A stretch of DNA of 64,000 nt from an uncultured Acidimicrobiales bacterium (GTDB lineage: Bacteria; Actinomycetota; Acidimicrobiia; Acidimicrobiales; SZUA-35): the NCBI GenBank assembly GCA_937922805.1, contig CALAJV010000024.1:1942-65941 (forward strand). Reading direction: 5' to 3'. The notes below the pieces were generated by a model. That model worked only from the letters and a program-made list of their open reading frames with translations, searched no databases and was not told where the DNA came from. Shown piece after piece: positions 41,057 to 50,359 of this stretch (position 1 is the stretch's first letter; every line of letters starts with the position of its first letter). A program made the position numbers and the translations under genes.

Positions 41057-41752
41057 ATGACTAGAGTCGGCGTCTTTATCGACGGTCAGAACGTCACAAT
41101 CGGTGCCAGGCATGCCTTCGGTGATGGAAACATGCATCCGCTTCTACTGGCTCGATCGTTGGCTGGCTCGGACACGTTGGTTGAAGTCCGCTACGCTACC
41201 GGCGTTCCCAGTCCTGACCACGACCCTGAGCGGGCCGAATCAGAGGCCCGGCGACATCGGCTAATGACCCGGACCGATGTGGTGGTCCTAGAGCGCGAGC
41301 TTCGGTATCGGGAACAGTGGGAAATTCGAGACCGGGATCTGCCTAGGCCTCGAGGGAGAGTGGGAGAGGTACGCCAAGCCAGGGTGAAGGCGTATGATCG
41401 AGGCCAGGAAAAAGGGATCGATGTGTGGTTGGCCCTCGACGCCCTAGTCATGTGCACACGAGCTGATCTAGACCGAGTTGTGATTGCGTCGGCCGATTCG
41501 GACCTAGACATGGTCCCGGACTATCTGAAGATGATTCCAGGTAACGAAGAAACGAACGTTGTTTCGGCCAAAGTCGTCTCTGACGGTCGCCCGTTTAAAC
41601 CCAACGACGCCTACGATGACACAGTTGCCATCGACCGAGCCATCTACGAATATGCTAAAGACGAATTCGACTACTCCGCTGAGCTCGACGATCGAGCAGT
41701 TGAGGAGTTCCTTTCTCGAATAGGTTCAGAGTCTGATGGTATTCGTGACTGA
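41057..41752 (+). CDS. NYN-domain (LabA-like PIN-fold) protein
   Basis: RVGVFIDGQNV, EKGIDVWLALDAL and VIASADSDLDMV acidic motifs, typical of NYN/LabA nucleases. Confidence 0.75.
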   Translation: MTRVGVFIDGQNVTIGARHAFGDGNMHPLLLARSLAGSDTLVEVRYATGVPSPDHDPERAESEARRHRLMTRTDVVVLERELRYREQWEIRDRDLPRPRGRVGEVRQARVKAYDRGQEKGIDVWLALDALVMCTRADLDRVVIASADSDLDMVPDYLKMIPGNEETNVVSAKVVSDGRPFKPNDAYDDTVAIDRAIYEYAKDEFDYSAELDDRAVEEFLSRIGSESDGIRD

Positions 41753-41799
41753 AGTAGCGCTAAATCAGAAGCGCACTCGTACCTGGTTGGAGAATTGAT

Positions 41800-42492
41800 A
41801 TGGCTGGACCAATAGAGCTGGACTTTGTGCTCTCGGGTGATCACGTAGATCGCCTGCCCGGAACTGCGGCCGAGGTTGCCATAGTCGGACGATCGAACGT
41901 TGGAAAATCGTCGCTGGTAAACGCTCTAAGCAACCGGAAAAGGTTGGCTCATGTCAGTAACACCCCAGGGCGTACCCGATTGCTCAATTTGTTTGTTTTA
42001 GCGGGCAAGACCGGCTCGGCGGTGGGAAATGGTCCAGGTCGAAAAGCCTCTGGTGGTAAACGCTCGGGCAGCAAAGGGACTGTGGCCAAAGCGCGAACTG
42101 GGTCGGATGGCCTGCTAGAGGCAACGGTTATGGACTTACCCGGCTATGGCTACGCAGCAGCCTCGAAAGAGCTCCGAGCCGGTTGGCAGCAGATGATTGA
42201 GGGCTATCTGCTACAGCGAGAGAATTTGAACATGGTAATCGTTCTAGTCGACGGTGAGATCGGGCCAACGAAGCTCGACATTCAAATGCTCGAATGGTTA
42301 CGGGCCTGCGATTTGCCTCACACAGTTGTCGCAACGAAACACGACAAAGTTAAGTCGTCAAAGCGAGTCAAGCGAAAACGTGAGGTGGCCGAACGGTGTC
42401 AGCTCGAGGAGGGTGATGTGGTTTGGGTCAGCTCGGTCAAAGGAGTTGGCATTGATCGTCTTCGAGGTCTGATCTTGGCTTGGCTTAGCTAA
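41800..42492 (+). CDS. engB: ribosome-biogenesis GTPase EngB/YsxC with a K/G-rich insertion between the switch I (G2) and G3 motifs
   Basis: G1 is GRSNVGKSS, followed by SNTPGRTR, then G3 DLPGYGYA and G4 TKHDK. About 44 aa (VLAGKTGSAVGNGPGRKASGGKRSGSKGTVAKARTGSDGLLEAT) lie where B. subtilis YsxC has about 8. Confidence 0.85.
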   Translation: MAGPIELDFVLSGDHVDRLPGTAAEVAIVGRSNVGKSSLVNALSNRKRLAHVSNTPGRTRLLNLFVLAGKTGSAVGNGPGRKASGGKRSGSKGTVAKARTGSDGLLEATVMDLPGYGYAAASKELRAGWQQMIEGYLLQRENLNMVIVLVDGEIGPTKLDIQMLEWLRACDLPHTVVATKHDKVKSSKRVKRKREVAERCQLEEGDVVWVSSVKGVGIDRLRGLILAWLS

Positions 42493-42967
42493 TAGCGCTT
42501 ATCCCTCGGGCCTCGCTCAGTAGCAGAGATGTTTGTGCTCCAGCCACGCCCTCAACTCCGTGGATTTGTTTGAGGACAACATCTCGAAGGTTCGATAACC
42601 CGGCCGCTCTGACCAAAACGATGTAGTCAAAGTTGCTGGCCGCTAGCGCTACCCACTGGACACCGTCAATCTTCAGCAGCTGTTCTTCGACCTTTTCCCA
42701 TTGTGCCTGCTCGGTGCCGGTCAGGAGTAGCAGCGCTGCGATGTCTAGTCCCAGGGCTTCCGGAGGAATGGTGGCTGCGAACCCTGAAATGGCGCCAGAT
42801 TCGACCAATCTGTCGAATCGGTTATATGCGGCTGCTCTGCTAATGCCGACGTGTTGAGCTAGTGCCGGAATCGACATTCGACCATCGACAAGGAGTGTTC
42901 TGATGATTGTCTGATCGATCTCGTCAACTGCGCCATCTGAATAGACGAACGTATCCATATCAGCCAA
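42485..42967 (-). CDS. Lrp/AsnC family transcriptional regulator
   Basis: HTH (IDQTIIRTLLVDGRMSIPALAQHVGISRAAAYNRFDRL) plus a C-terminal RAM/ACT-like domain. Confidence 0.9.
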   Translation of the reverse strand: MADMDTFVYSDGAVDEIDQTIIRTLLVDGRMSIPALAQHVGISRAAAYNRFDRLVESGAISGFAATIPPEALGLDIAALLLLTGTEQAQWEKVEEQLLKIDGVQWVALAASNFDYIVLVRAAGLSNLRDVVLKQIHGVEGVAGAQTSLLLSEARGISAIS

Positions 42968-43319
42968 GATAACGTATTATCGTCTCTATGGTAAGAAAAA
43001 TTTACTACGAATAGCGAGATTGGTGCAGACTATGAGAGGTGAACCCAAGCTGCGGGGCCCAGCCATCGAGAAGTCGCCCAACGGCGGTCGTGAGCTCGTT
43101 GGCTGGGTCTGGTAGCAAACCATCACACATATTGGTTGAGTTTCACTGGAACGAATGCTTGTGCCTTAGTCGCTGGGTCAGCCGCTTCAACATGGCAGCC
43201 CTGGTGGGGGGTCTCTCTCCGCCCAGCGACCTAGGCGCAAGATTTGGGCGTGGCAGAGCCCGTTCTATTCAGATGGTTTGTTAACGATGACTTGGCTCGC
43301 CCCGATGTTGCCAGAATCG

Positions 43320-44453
43320 CTAGGCGCCAGTGAACGAAACGGTCACGGTTCGACCTGACGTTTTCCCTGTTGCCGTTAGCTCCCAGGTGGTGCCAGCCTG
43401 ATCCGGGGTGCACGACCAACGGATAGCTCGTTCACCGTTAGCATCGGCATTTCCGGAACTGATGCCGGTGGCTTGCGGCGAGGTGAAACCGATTTCTTCA
43501 TTTGGTTCTGCCCCACTTAACTTGCCGAACTCTCGAGCTTGGCCGTTACAGACAAAAGGGTCTTCAGTCACCACTGCGGTAAGCTCGCCACCGACTTTTT
43601 GAACCGTTGAAGTAGTGGACTCCTCAGGAGAGACCGTTATCGGAGTTGAGGTGCCGTCAGCATTGCCGCTGGTTCCGGGGGCGGCGCCGACCACTTCAAA
43701 AAACGCAACTTTGCCGGAAGTGCTGCCGGCCGCAGTCAGATTCCAAACCGTGCCAACTTGGTCCGCCGTGCACTGCCACCGGATTGGTAGGGTGCCGTCG
43801 TCGGCCGCTTGACCGGGTGAGATGTTTCCTGCTTGGGGCGAGGAGAATGCAATCTCCTCGTTCGGGTCAGCCTTACTGATAAGCCCGAGTTGGCGAGATT
43901 CGCCATCACAGATAAATGGATCTTCAGTGAGAACTACTTGCAATGCATTCGGATCAACGGTCGTAACCGGGGCCGTGGTGGTGGCAGGAACCGAAGTAGT
44001 CGAAGCAACGGAGTCGGTCGTTGGGGTGGTCGCGGCTATGTCAGGGTCGCGCCCGAACTGAGAGTAGGCAGCTGCTAGCGCGGCTACGACCGCAACGGCA
44101 ATCAATGCGAATAAGACGAGAATTGGCCCGGTCTTTCGTCGCTTCACCTCATGAACGGCCGGCGCCGGAAGCAAAGGGTCGTTGGCCTGCGGAGCGAGAA
44201 TTTGCGGACGACCAACTACCGGTCGGTTAATGACTGTATTGTCTCGGCCGGTTTCGGGCCGATGAGCTGGGGGATCAGGCATTCCTGAAACTCTTGTCTC
44301 GTCACCTATATTCATTGGATGCTGACCTTGTTCGACTCTACGAGCGGCTTCAACAAGCAGTCTATATCGCCCGGATGGTGATGTGGGACCGCAGAGCATC
44401 AGGTCTGCACCACTCCGGTAGTTTTGATGTGCAAGCTCTTGCGAGGTGAGCAC
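43320..44453 (-). CDS. membrane-anchored exported protein with two tandem ~85-aa Cys-pair repeats
   Basis: TM ILVLFALIAVAVVAALAAAY, a T/S/P-rich linker, then repeats at aa 173-255 and 293-377 (TEDPF[IV]C[DN]G...EPNEEI.F.SPQA..IS...IRW.CT.DQ.GT.W.LTA.G.TSG). The start is uncertain (Met1, Met47 or Met58). Confidence 0.65.
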   Translation of the reverse strand: MLTSQELAHQNYRSGADLMLCGPTSPSGRYRLLVEAARRVEQGQHPMNIGDETRVSGMPDPPAHRPETGRDNTVINRPVVGRPQILAPQANDPLLPAPAVHEVKRRKTGPILVLFALIAVAVVAALAAAYSQFGRDPDIAATTPTTDSVASTTSVPATTTAPVTTVDPNALQVVLTEDPFICDGESRQLGLISKADPNEEIAFSSPQAGNISPGQAADDGTLPIRWQCTADQVGTVWNLTAAGSTSGKVAFFEVVGAAPGTSGNADGTSTPITVSPEESTTSTVQKVGGELTAVVTEDPFVCNGQAREFGKLSGAEPNEEIGFTSPQATGISSGNADANGERAIRWSCTPDQAGTTWELTATGKTSGRTVTVSFTGA

Positions 44454-44587
44454 AAAACTTGGTCGTCGGGTTCATCCTCGAACTCTCCGCCCATGCCGAA
44501 GTAGAGAGGCTTTGGTAGTAGTTTCGATCCGAAACAGGGGAGCATCTTGGCTGTCGATTTTGGCAACAGTATATTCGTGAAGCATTA

Positions 44588-45820
44588 TTGACACTCATGG
44601 CATCTGAATCAGAATCTGGACTCGCAGTAGACGTCGAAACCAAGCTAGTAGAAGACAAAATCGCTGACCTGCTACGCGACTATCCCCCCAAGGATTTGTC
44701 CGCAATCGAGTTTCGAGGCCATCAGTTCGATCATGGGTTAGCTTGGGTTCATCATGAGGAAGGCGTCGGAGGTCTCGGCGTGCGTCCTCGTTTGCAACGC
44801 CTTGTCAACGAGAAACTTCATCAAGCGGGGGCGCCTGCGCCAGACCCAGCCGGCTTCTTCCAGTTCCTTGCGGGGCCAACCATAGCTACCCACGGGAACG
44901 ACGAACAAAAGCGCCGATTCTTGCGTCCTATGTTCACCGGACAAGAGCGATGGTGTCAGCTGTTCAGCGAACCAGGAGCCGGAAGCGACTTTGCTGGGCT
45001 GGGAGCCCGAGCGGTGCTCGATGGTGACGAGTGGACCGTAAACGGGCAGAAGGTTTGGAACACGTTGGCCCATCTGGCTGATTGGGGAATGTTAGTGACT
45101 CGATCGAATCCTGATGTACCTAAGCACAAAGGGATGACGTACTTCGCCGTCGATATGAAGAGCCCGGGCGTCGAGGTTCGCCCTTTGCGCCAGATAACCG
45201 GTGAGGCTGAGTTCAATGAGGTCTATTTAACCGACGTGCGAATTCCTGATGAAAACCGGATCGGCGAGCCCGGTGAAGGATGGCGAGTTTCGCTGACGAC
45301 GTTGATGAACGAACGAACTGCTATCGGATCTGGCGGCGCACCAAAGCGAGGGTCTGGGTCCATCGGCGCTCTGGTAAATCTATGGCAAAGGTTAGACCAC
45401 AGCGATCAGACCCCAGTTGCGCGCGATCAGCTGATGCAGCTTTGGGTTAAGGCCGAGGCTCTTCGATTGACGAACATGCGGGCTGGGGCCAATCGCAAAG
45501 CTGGCAATCCTGGTCCCGAGGGGTCGGTGGCCAAGCTGGCATCAGCTGAGCTCAACCAATCAATCTTTGAACACGCAGTGAACATCAAAGGGGCAGCTGG
45601 CTTAATTGGCTACGACTACACGTTTCGTCGACCCGAAGATCTTTCGGTGACTGGCTCCGAGAGTGGAATTGGTCATGCCTTTCTTCGAGTTCGAGCCAAC
45701 TCAATTGAGGGTGGAACATCTGAGATCATGCGCAACATTTTGGGTGAACAGGTGCTCGGTCTTCCCGGAGAGCCAAGGGTTGACAAAGAGATCCCGTGGA
45801 CTGATGTAACTCGGAGCTAG
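44588..45820 (+). CDS. acyl-CoA dehydrogenase family protein
   Basis: 410 aa with WCQLFSEPGAGSD, NGQKVW.T.AH.ADW and a C-terminal IEGGTSEIMRNILGE. TTG 44588 or ATG 44597 start. Confidence 0.85.
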   Translation: MTLMASESESGLAVDVETKLVEDKIADLLRDYPPKDLSAIEFRGHQFDHGLAWVHHEEGVGGLGVRPRLQRLVNEKLHQAGAPAPDPAGFFQFLAGPTIATHGNDEQKRRFLRPMFTGQERWCQLFSEPGAGSDFAGLGARAVLDGDEWTVNGQKVWNTLAHLADWGMLVTRSNPDVPKHKGMTYFAVDMKSPGVEVRPLRQITGEAEFNEVYLTDVRIPDENRIGEPGEGWRVSLTTLMNERTAIGSGGAPKRGSGSIGALVNLWQRLDHSDQTPVARDQLMQLWVKAEALRLTNMRAGANRKAGNPGPEGSVAKLASAELNQSIFEHAVNIKGAAGLIGYDYTFRRPEDLSVTGSESGIGHAFLRVRANSIEGGTSEIMRNILGEQVLGLPGEPRVDKEIPWTDVTRS

Positions 45821-45859
45821 CCTAAGTACTAGGTCCTATTGGAAGGGGGAGGCCTCACC

Positions 45860-46636
45860 GTGAGCTATAACTTCGCCGTGTGGGAGGGAGCGGCACCGCT
45901 TTCTAACGCCCACGCAACTTCAGAGTTCGAACGACGTTGCGACTTGCTCGCAACGCAGTTGGAGGATTCAATCGGTAAAGCGGTTTCTCCAGGTATTCGA
46001 GACTTTGTGGACGCGCTCATAGGAGTTCACCCAGATGCACCCCAACCGTCTCGGGGTGGCGGGCCTTGGGCCGACGGTCCGCTAATAAATAACGCTACCG
46101 GCGACTTCATCTACTTTGCTGCGGTGCCGGATCGGGTAGAAGATGTCGGTCAACTAGTTATGCAGTCAGCTGCGGACTTAGGGCTCGTCGCTTTCGACCC
46201 ACAAGTCGAAGAACTAATGCCGTCTGCCACGTCTGGCGTCCGATCGACTGAGTTTGATCTACCGGTTGCTCACGAGTTGGCCCTTCACCTGGAAGCGCTC
46301 ATCGAAGAGGCGCTCGCCGCCGGACCAACCTTCGTCGGTATTGTCCAAGAGGAAGCTACCGGTTCCTTTATCCAGTGGATGGCCGGTACCGATGGTTCTT
46401 TAGCGATTGAAGTTCAGGGCGAAAGCCTTCAGTCGCCGCGCCGTCGGCTGAATTCAGATGGTGAATCTGAAATGCGGTCGCTCGGGTTTGCCGACGAGGG
46501 AACGAACTGGTCAGCCAGTTATCAGAACGGCCGAGGCTCGATTGAAACCGCTAGTAATTTGCTGGCTCACGCCTTATGCGAAATTCGTAGGGTGCCGCCG
46601 GGTGCAGCGATGAGCGTCCAGACCTTTCCGGCTTAA
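45860..46636 (+). CDS. hypothetical protein
   Basis: GTG 45860 lies 7 nt after GGGGGAGG; the listed TTG at 45839 is less likely. No family recognised with confidence. Confidence 0.5.
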   Translation: MSYNFAVWEGAAPLSNAHATSEFERRCDLLATQLEDSIGKAVSPGIRDFVDALIGVHPDAPQPSRGGGPWADGPLINNATGDFIYFAAVPDRVEDVGQLVMQSAADLGLVAFDPQVEELMPSATSGVRSTEFDLPVAHELALHLEALIEEALAAGPTFVGIVQEEATGSFIQWMAGTDGSLAIEVQGESLQSPRRRLNSDGESEMRSLGFADEGTNWSASYQNGRGSIETASNLLAHALCEIRRVPPGAAMSVQTFPA

Positions 46637-46671
46637 GTGAACTAGCCGCTCTAGTTACTCAAATGTTGGCC

Positions 46672-47307
46672 TTAGACGATTCGTCGATTGGCCGCCCACA
46701 ACGCTAGCTCGTTGCGATTTGAGAGCTGTAGTTTGCGTAGCACTGAAGATGCGTGAGTCTCGACCGTTTTGATTGAGATGGTAAGCCGGCGAGCTACTTC
46801 TTTGTAGGCATAGCCGCGGGCCAAAAGCCTCATCACCTCTTGTTCTCGAGCCGTGAGTTGATCGAGCTCGGGGTCCGACGGTGATGAAATATCAGCTGAG
46901 AAGGCATCGAGAACAAATCCGGCCAGGCGAGGGGAGAAGACTGCATCGCCACCGTTTATCCGCTTAACCGCGTCGATAAGATCATCGCCTCCGATGGCCT
47001 TAGTGACGTATCCTCGGGCGCCGCTTCGGATGACCTGGATGACATCTTCAGCAGCATCCGAGACTGAAAGGGCAAGAAACTTCGACGTTACCCCTTGGTT
47101 GGTAACACCGGCGATCACATCAGCCGCAGTTCCGTCCGGTAGGTGAACATCGCAGACCACAACGTCGGGCTTGTGGCGAACGATCTCGGAGATCGCTTCG
47201 CCAACACTTGCGGCCTCGGCCACGACGGTAACGGCCTCTTCTAACTCGCCACGAACTCCCGACCGGACTAGAGCGTGGTCATCAACAAGTACTACGGTAA
47301 TCGTCAT
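46672..47307 (-). CDS. NarL/LuxR-family response regulator
   Basis: Receiver domain (VVLVDDH...DVVVCDVHLPDG) plus a LuxR HTH (LTAREQEVMRLLARGYAYKEVARRLTISIKTVETHASSVLRKL). Confidence 0.9.
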   Translation of the reverse strand: MTITVVLVDDHALVRSGVRGELEEAVTVVAEAASVGEAISEIVRHKPDVVVCDVHLPDGTAADVIAGVTNQGVTSKFLALSVSDAAEDVIQVIRSGARGYVTKAIGGDDLIDAVKRINGGDAVFSPRLAGFVLDAFSADISSPSDPELDQLTAREQEVMRLLARGYAYKEVARRLTISIKTVETHASSVLRKLQLSNRNELALWAANRRIV

Positions 47308-47412
47308 TTTTGGTTGCTTTCACTGGTTAGTTCCTAGCGATACCGCTTCGTGGCATCTGCTGTTCGATGGAGTTGGTTAACGGTATTGCTGGTTGAATCC
47401 GTTCGGTTGGGG

Positions 47413-48642
47413 TTATTCGGTGGCTTGTGGTGTCGGTTCGTTTGCAGCCTGGGGTTGGTCTAGTGGTAGGAACAGCTCGACTTCGGTTCCTTCACCCCGT
47501 TCGGCGAAAATGTTTGCCGAACCGCCGGCCCGTTCCATTCGTCCGACGATTGACTCTCGAATACCGTGCCGGTCAGAATTCACCAATGTCGGATCGAAAC
47601 CAATGCCAGCGTCCTTGACGAAAACTTCGATACCGGACGGGCTTCTCTCAGCGTAAATATCGACCTTTTCGACTTTGGCGTGTCTAGCTGCATTGTTTGT
47701 TGCTTCACCAGTCGCCGCTACTAAATCCACGATGGCATCGGGAGCAATGTCATGAATGTCGCCAACAACAACGACATCGACCTTGACCCCATGGTTCTCT
47801 TCAACTGAGGCCGCCACCGATTCGAGCGCTGGCCCCAGTCGGGTAGTGCCCGGTTCGACGGGGCTGGCTTGATAGAGCCATGAGCGAAGCTCGCGTTCTT
47901 GTTGCCTCGCGAGCTGCGCTGTTCGCTGGGGGTCGTGGGTGTTACGTTGGATCAAGGTCAGGGTTTGCAGGACGGAGTCGTGAATGTGAGCCGAGATTCG
48001 GGCTCGCTCGTCGGCTCGGGCCCGACTTTGGCGTTCGTCATCGAACTCTTTACCGATTCGTACCATGGTCGGCGCAGCGATAATGCCGAGACCGCCGGCT
48101 ATCGCTAGCACGATGAGAACAATCTGGATTGCATCGGTGAGGCTTAGTCTGGTGGCGACAATGGTTAAGATTCCGCCGACAGCGATTAGCACACCAGCAA
48201 CGATCCGGATTACCGCTGAGATGCCGCCATCTTCACTTTGTCTGGTCCAAGCGATTAGGAATCCCAGAAAAACGAATCCGACCGGGAAGACTATTTCATC
48301 GATGAAGTCGACGCCAAGGGTACGAAGGGCCAGGATCGTCCCCAGAGTGACCATCGCAACGGCAAGATGGCAGTGAGCTGAGGTGGCAGCTTTAGGCGTT
48401 GGCACATAGCTAACTCGGTCTTGCGGTTGCAGGAACGTTAGAACAGCCCATGCAATCGCATAGAAGATCAACCCCCACCCGCCAGCTAGCACGAGCAACC
48501 CAAACGAAACCCGCACGATCGATGCTTCTACGCCAAGTTCTTTCGCTAACGCAGCAGCGGTGCCACTTATCCATCGTTCCGATGGATCGATCGGTGGAAG
48601 TTGCCACCGTTTCGGTGGGTTATGAGGGTTTACAACTTGCAA
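47413..48642 (-). CDS. sensor histidine kinase with N-terminal PspC domain (HisKA_3/HATPase_c)
   Basis: PspC-like segment WISGTAAALAKELGVEASIVRVSFGLLVLAGGWGLIFYAIAW, extra TMs, the H-box RARISAHIHDSVLQTL and the N-box ATNNAARHA. Confidence 0.85.
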   Translation of the reverse strand: MQVVNPHNPPKRWQLPPIDPSERWISGTAAALAKELGVEASIVRVSFGLLVLAGGWGLIFYAIAWAVLTFLQPQDRVSYVPTPKAATSAHCHLAVAMVTLGTILALRTLGVDFIDEIVFPVGFVFLGFLIAWTRQSEDGGISAVIRIVAGVLIAVGGILTIVATRLSLTDAIQIVLIVLAIAGGLGIIAAPTMVRIGKEFDDERQSRARADERARISAHIHDSVLQTLTLIQRNTHDPQRTAQLARQQERELRSWLYQASPVEPGTTRLGPALESVAASVEENHGVKVDVVVVGDIHDIAPDAIVDLVAATGEATNNAARHAKVEKVDIYAERSPSGIEVFVKDAGIGFDPTLVNSDRHGIRESIVGRMERAGGSANIFAERGEGTEVELFLPLDQPQAANEPTPQATE

Positions 48643-48852
48643 CCTAGCTCCTGAATCTGGCTGTGTTCTTTGTCATTGTTTCACGTTCTATCTTTATCGG
48701 TATTTCTTCGTGAAGTTCTATGATGGCATCGTTGTTACTGAGATGCATTAGGGGGAGCCCCTGAGGTAACCCTGATACGGGCTCGAAATAGCAGGGTTTA
48801 CTCCTGGTAAGGCCCGATTTCGCTTAGTTGGTTTATTCTCGATGATGGAGAC

Positions 48853-50340
48853 ATGACAAACGAACCAGATTCCCCAGAAAGTGATGGCCCACAAGATCCG
48901 TCCTCATCAGTTGACCCAGTGGATGGATCAACTGCGTCCGAGCGTGACGATTCCGTCAGCAACGATGCTGATGATCCGACGGACCTATTCGTCAGCGGCG
49001 CCTCTGACGGTTCTGGCGAGAACCTTGATGACGATGTCGATTGGGCCGGACTGACCGACGTTGATGACCTGTTCGGTTCGCCAGAAGACACAACCGCTGA
49101 CACGGTAGATTTTGGCCGCCAGTCTGATCTCGATGCTGAACATTCGATTGAAGAACCCGGCGATTCTGACCTAGGTGATGTTGATGATCTGGACGCTGAA
49201 CCGGAGGTAGCCGGAACCGACCATGGGGCTGGTTTCGATACTAGTGAGAGCGTTAACATGTCGCCACCTATTGCTGGTCCGGTTCCCGTCGCAAGGCAAC
49301 TCACTAGAGATCCATACACTAGTTTTGGTGGTGTAGCTTCAGGACTGTCGCATCACTTCGGGATTGACGTATCGATTATCCGGATCGCCTTTGTCGCTTT
49401 GACCTTGTTCAGCGGTATTGGTCTGGTGCTGTACTTTGTTGGCTGGATCGTTATTCCTCGAGCCAGGTTCTGGCCCCCCGTGCCGCGAGCCCAAGCGAGT
49501 GCTGGAGTTAGCGGCCGTGAACTCGGATTCGTTCTGGCTGGGCTCGGCTTGCTGATCTTGTGGTTTGGCTTAGGGGGCATCGGCGCTCAAATCTTTGTGC
49601 CTCTGCTACTTATCGCTGGCGGTGTCTGGTTTCTGTCGCAACCCGATCGGCGTTTAATGACCGAAAGCAGTGCGGGTGCTGCTCGAGTGGCGACACCGCC
49701 GATGCCAGTTGCCCCCCACCAGCCTGTCGCCGCAGCGTCGCCAGCTGGCGGCACGTCATCGACGTTTGCCACAAACGGGCCAGAGGCCGGGACGCTCCCG
49801 CAAACGGCACACTACCCAGCTCCGGTTCCGCCACGATCGAGATTCCGTCGGATACTCAAACCGCTAGCCATCATGGGGATTTTCATCTTGCCAGTCCTGA
49901 TAATAATAGGATTTGTAGGTGCGATCTTGGCTATCGCTGCCGCCGAGGGTGAATTTGACACCACCGTTGTCGAAGTTTCAACCGATGGTGTTCGAGAAGT
50001 AGTTGACGGAGTGACGATCCCTCGGTCTTTCAACGATATTCCTGCCGAAATTTCTAGCCAGAGCGGTGACCTCACTCTTGATCTGACTGAAATAGATCTT
50101 GACTCGTTTGATGGCGAGCCAATACCAGTCGAGATCAACAACGACTTTGGCAGTGTCGAAGTGATTGTTCCCGATGATATGAATGTAGATGTCCAGGCAG
50201 ATGTTAAAGCCGGAGATATTCAGATCTTCGAACGAGAAGCCGACGGCCTGGGCGTGTCAATGTCAGTTGGGCAGGACAATCCGATGGTCGAACTCGATAT
50301 CTCGGTCGACTTTGGTGAAATAACTGTCGACACTGACTAG
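48853..50340 (+). CDS. PspC-domain membrane protein with acidic N-terminal region and LiaF-like C-terminal domain
   Basis: A D/E-rich N-terminal stretch (~100 aa), the PspC segment SFGGVASGLSHHFGIDVSIIRIAFVALTLFSGIGLVLYFVGWIVIP, several TMs, and a C-terminal beta-rich region (DLTLDLTEIDL...VEVIVPDDMNVDVQADVKAGDIQIF). Confidence 0.8.
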   Translation: MTNEPDSPESDGPQDPSSSVDPVDGSTASERDDSVSNDADDPTDLFVSGASDGSGENLDDDVDWAGLTDVDDLFGSPEDTTADTVDFGRQSDLDAEHSIEEPGDSDLGDVDDLDAEPEVAGTDHGAGFDTSESVNMSPPIAGPVPVARQLTRDPYTSFGGVASGLSHHFGIDVSIIRIAFVALTLFSGIGLVLYFVGWIVIPRARFWPPVPRAQASAGVSGRELGFVLAGLGLLILWFGLGGIGAQIFVPLLLIAGGVWFLSQPDRRLMTESSAGAARVATPPMPVAPHQPVAAASPAGGTSSTFATNGPEAGTLPQTAHYPAPVPPRSRFRRILKPLAIMGIFILPVLIIIGFVGAILAIAAAEGEFDTTVVEVSTDGVREVVDGVTIPRSFNDIPAEISSQSGDLTLDLTEIDLDSFDGEPIPVEINNDFGSVEVIVPDDMNVDVQADVKAGDIQIFEREADGLGVSMSVGQDNPMVELDISVDFGEITVDTD

Positions 50341-50359
50341 ACAAGAGCCGGAGAGCCTT

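Noticed and set aside
43039-43319. 81-aa ORF and a 9-bp inverted repeat (GTCGCTGGG 43169-43177 / CCCAGCGAC 43221-43229) in the 352-bp spacer upstream of the Lrp gene; possible small gene or ncRNA
   Set aside because: The ORF is R/S/G-rich and lacks an RBS. The stem has no U-tract and I cannot match it to any RNA family. It is noted only as an unexplained long spacer.
48798-49319. 173-aa Ser-rich minus-strand ORF
   Set aside because: It is antisense to the acidic N-terminal region of the PspC-domain protein. GAC/GAT/GAA-rich sense codons automatically give a Ser-rich open antisense frame.
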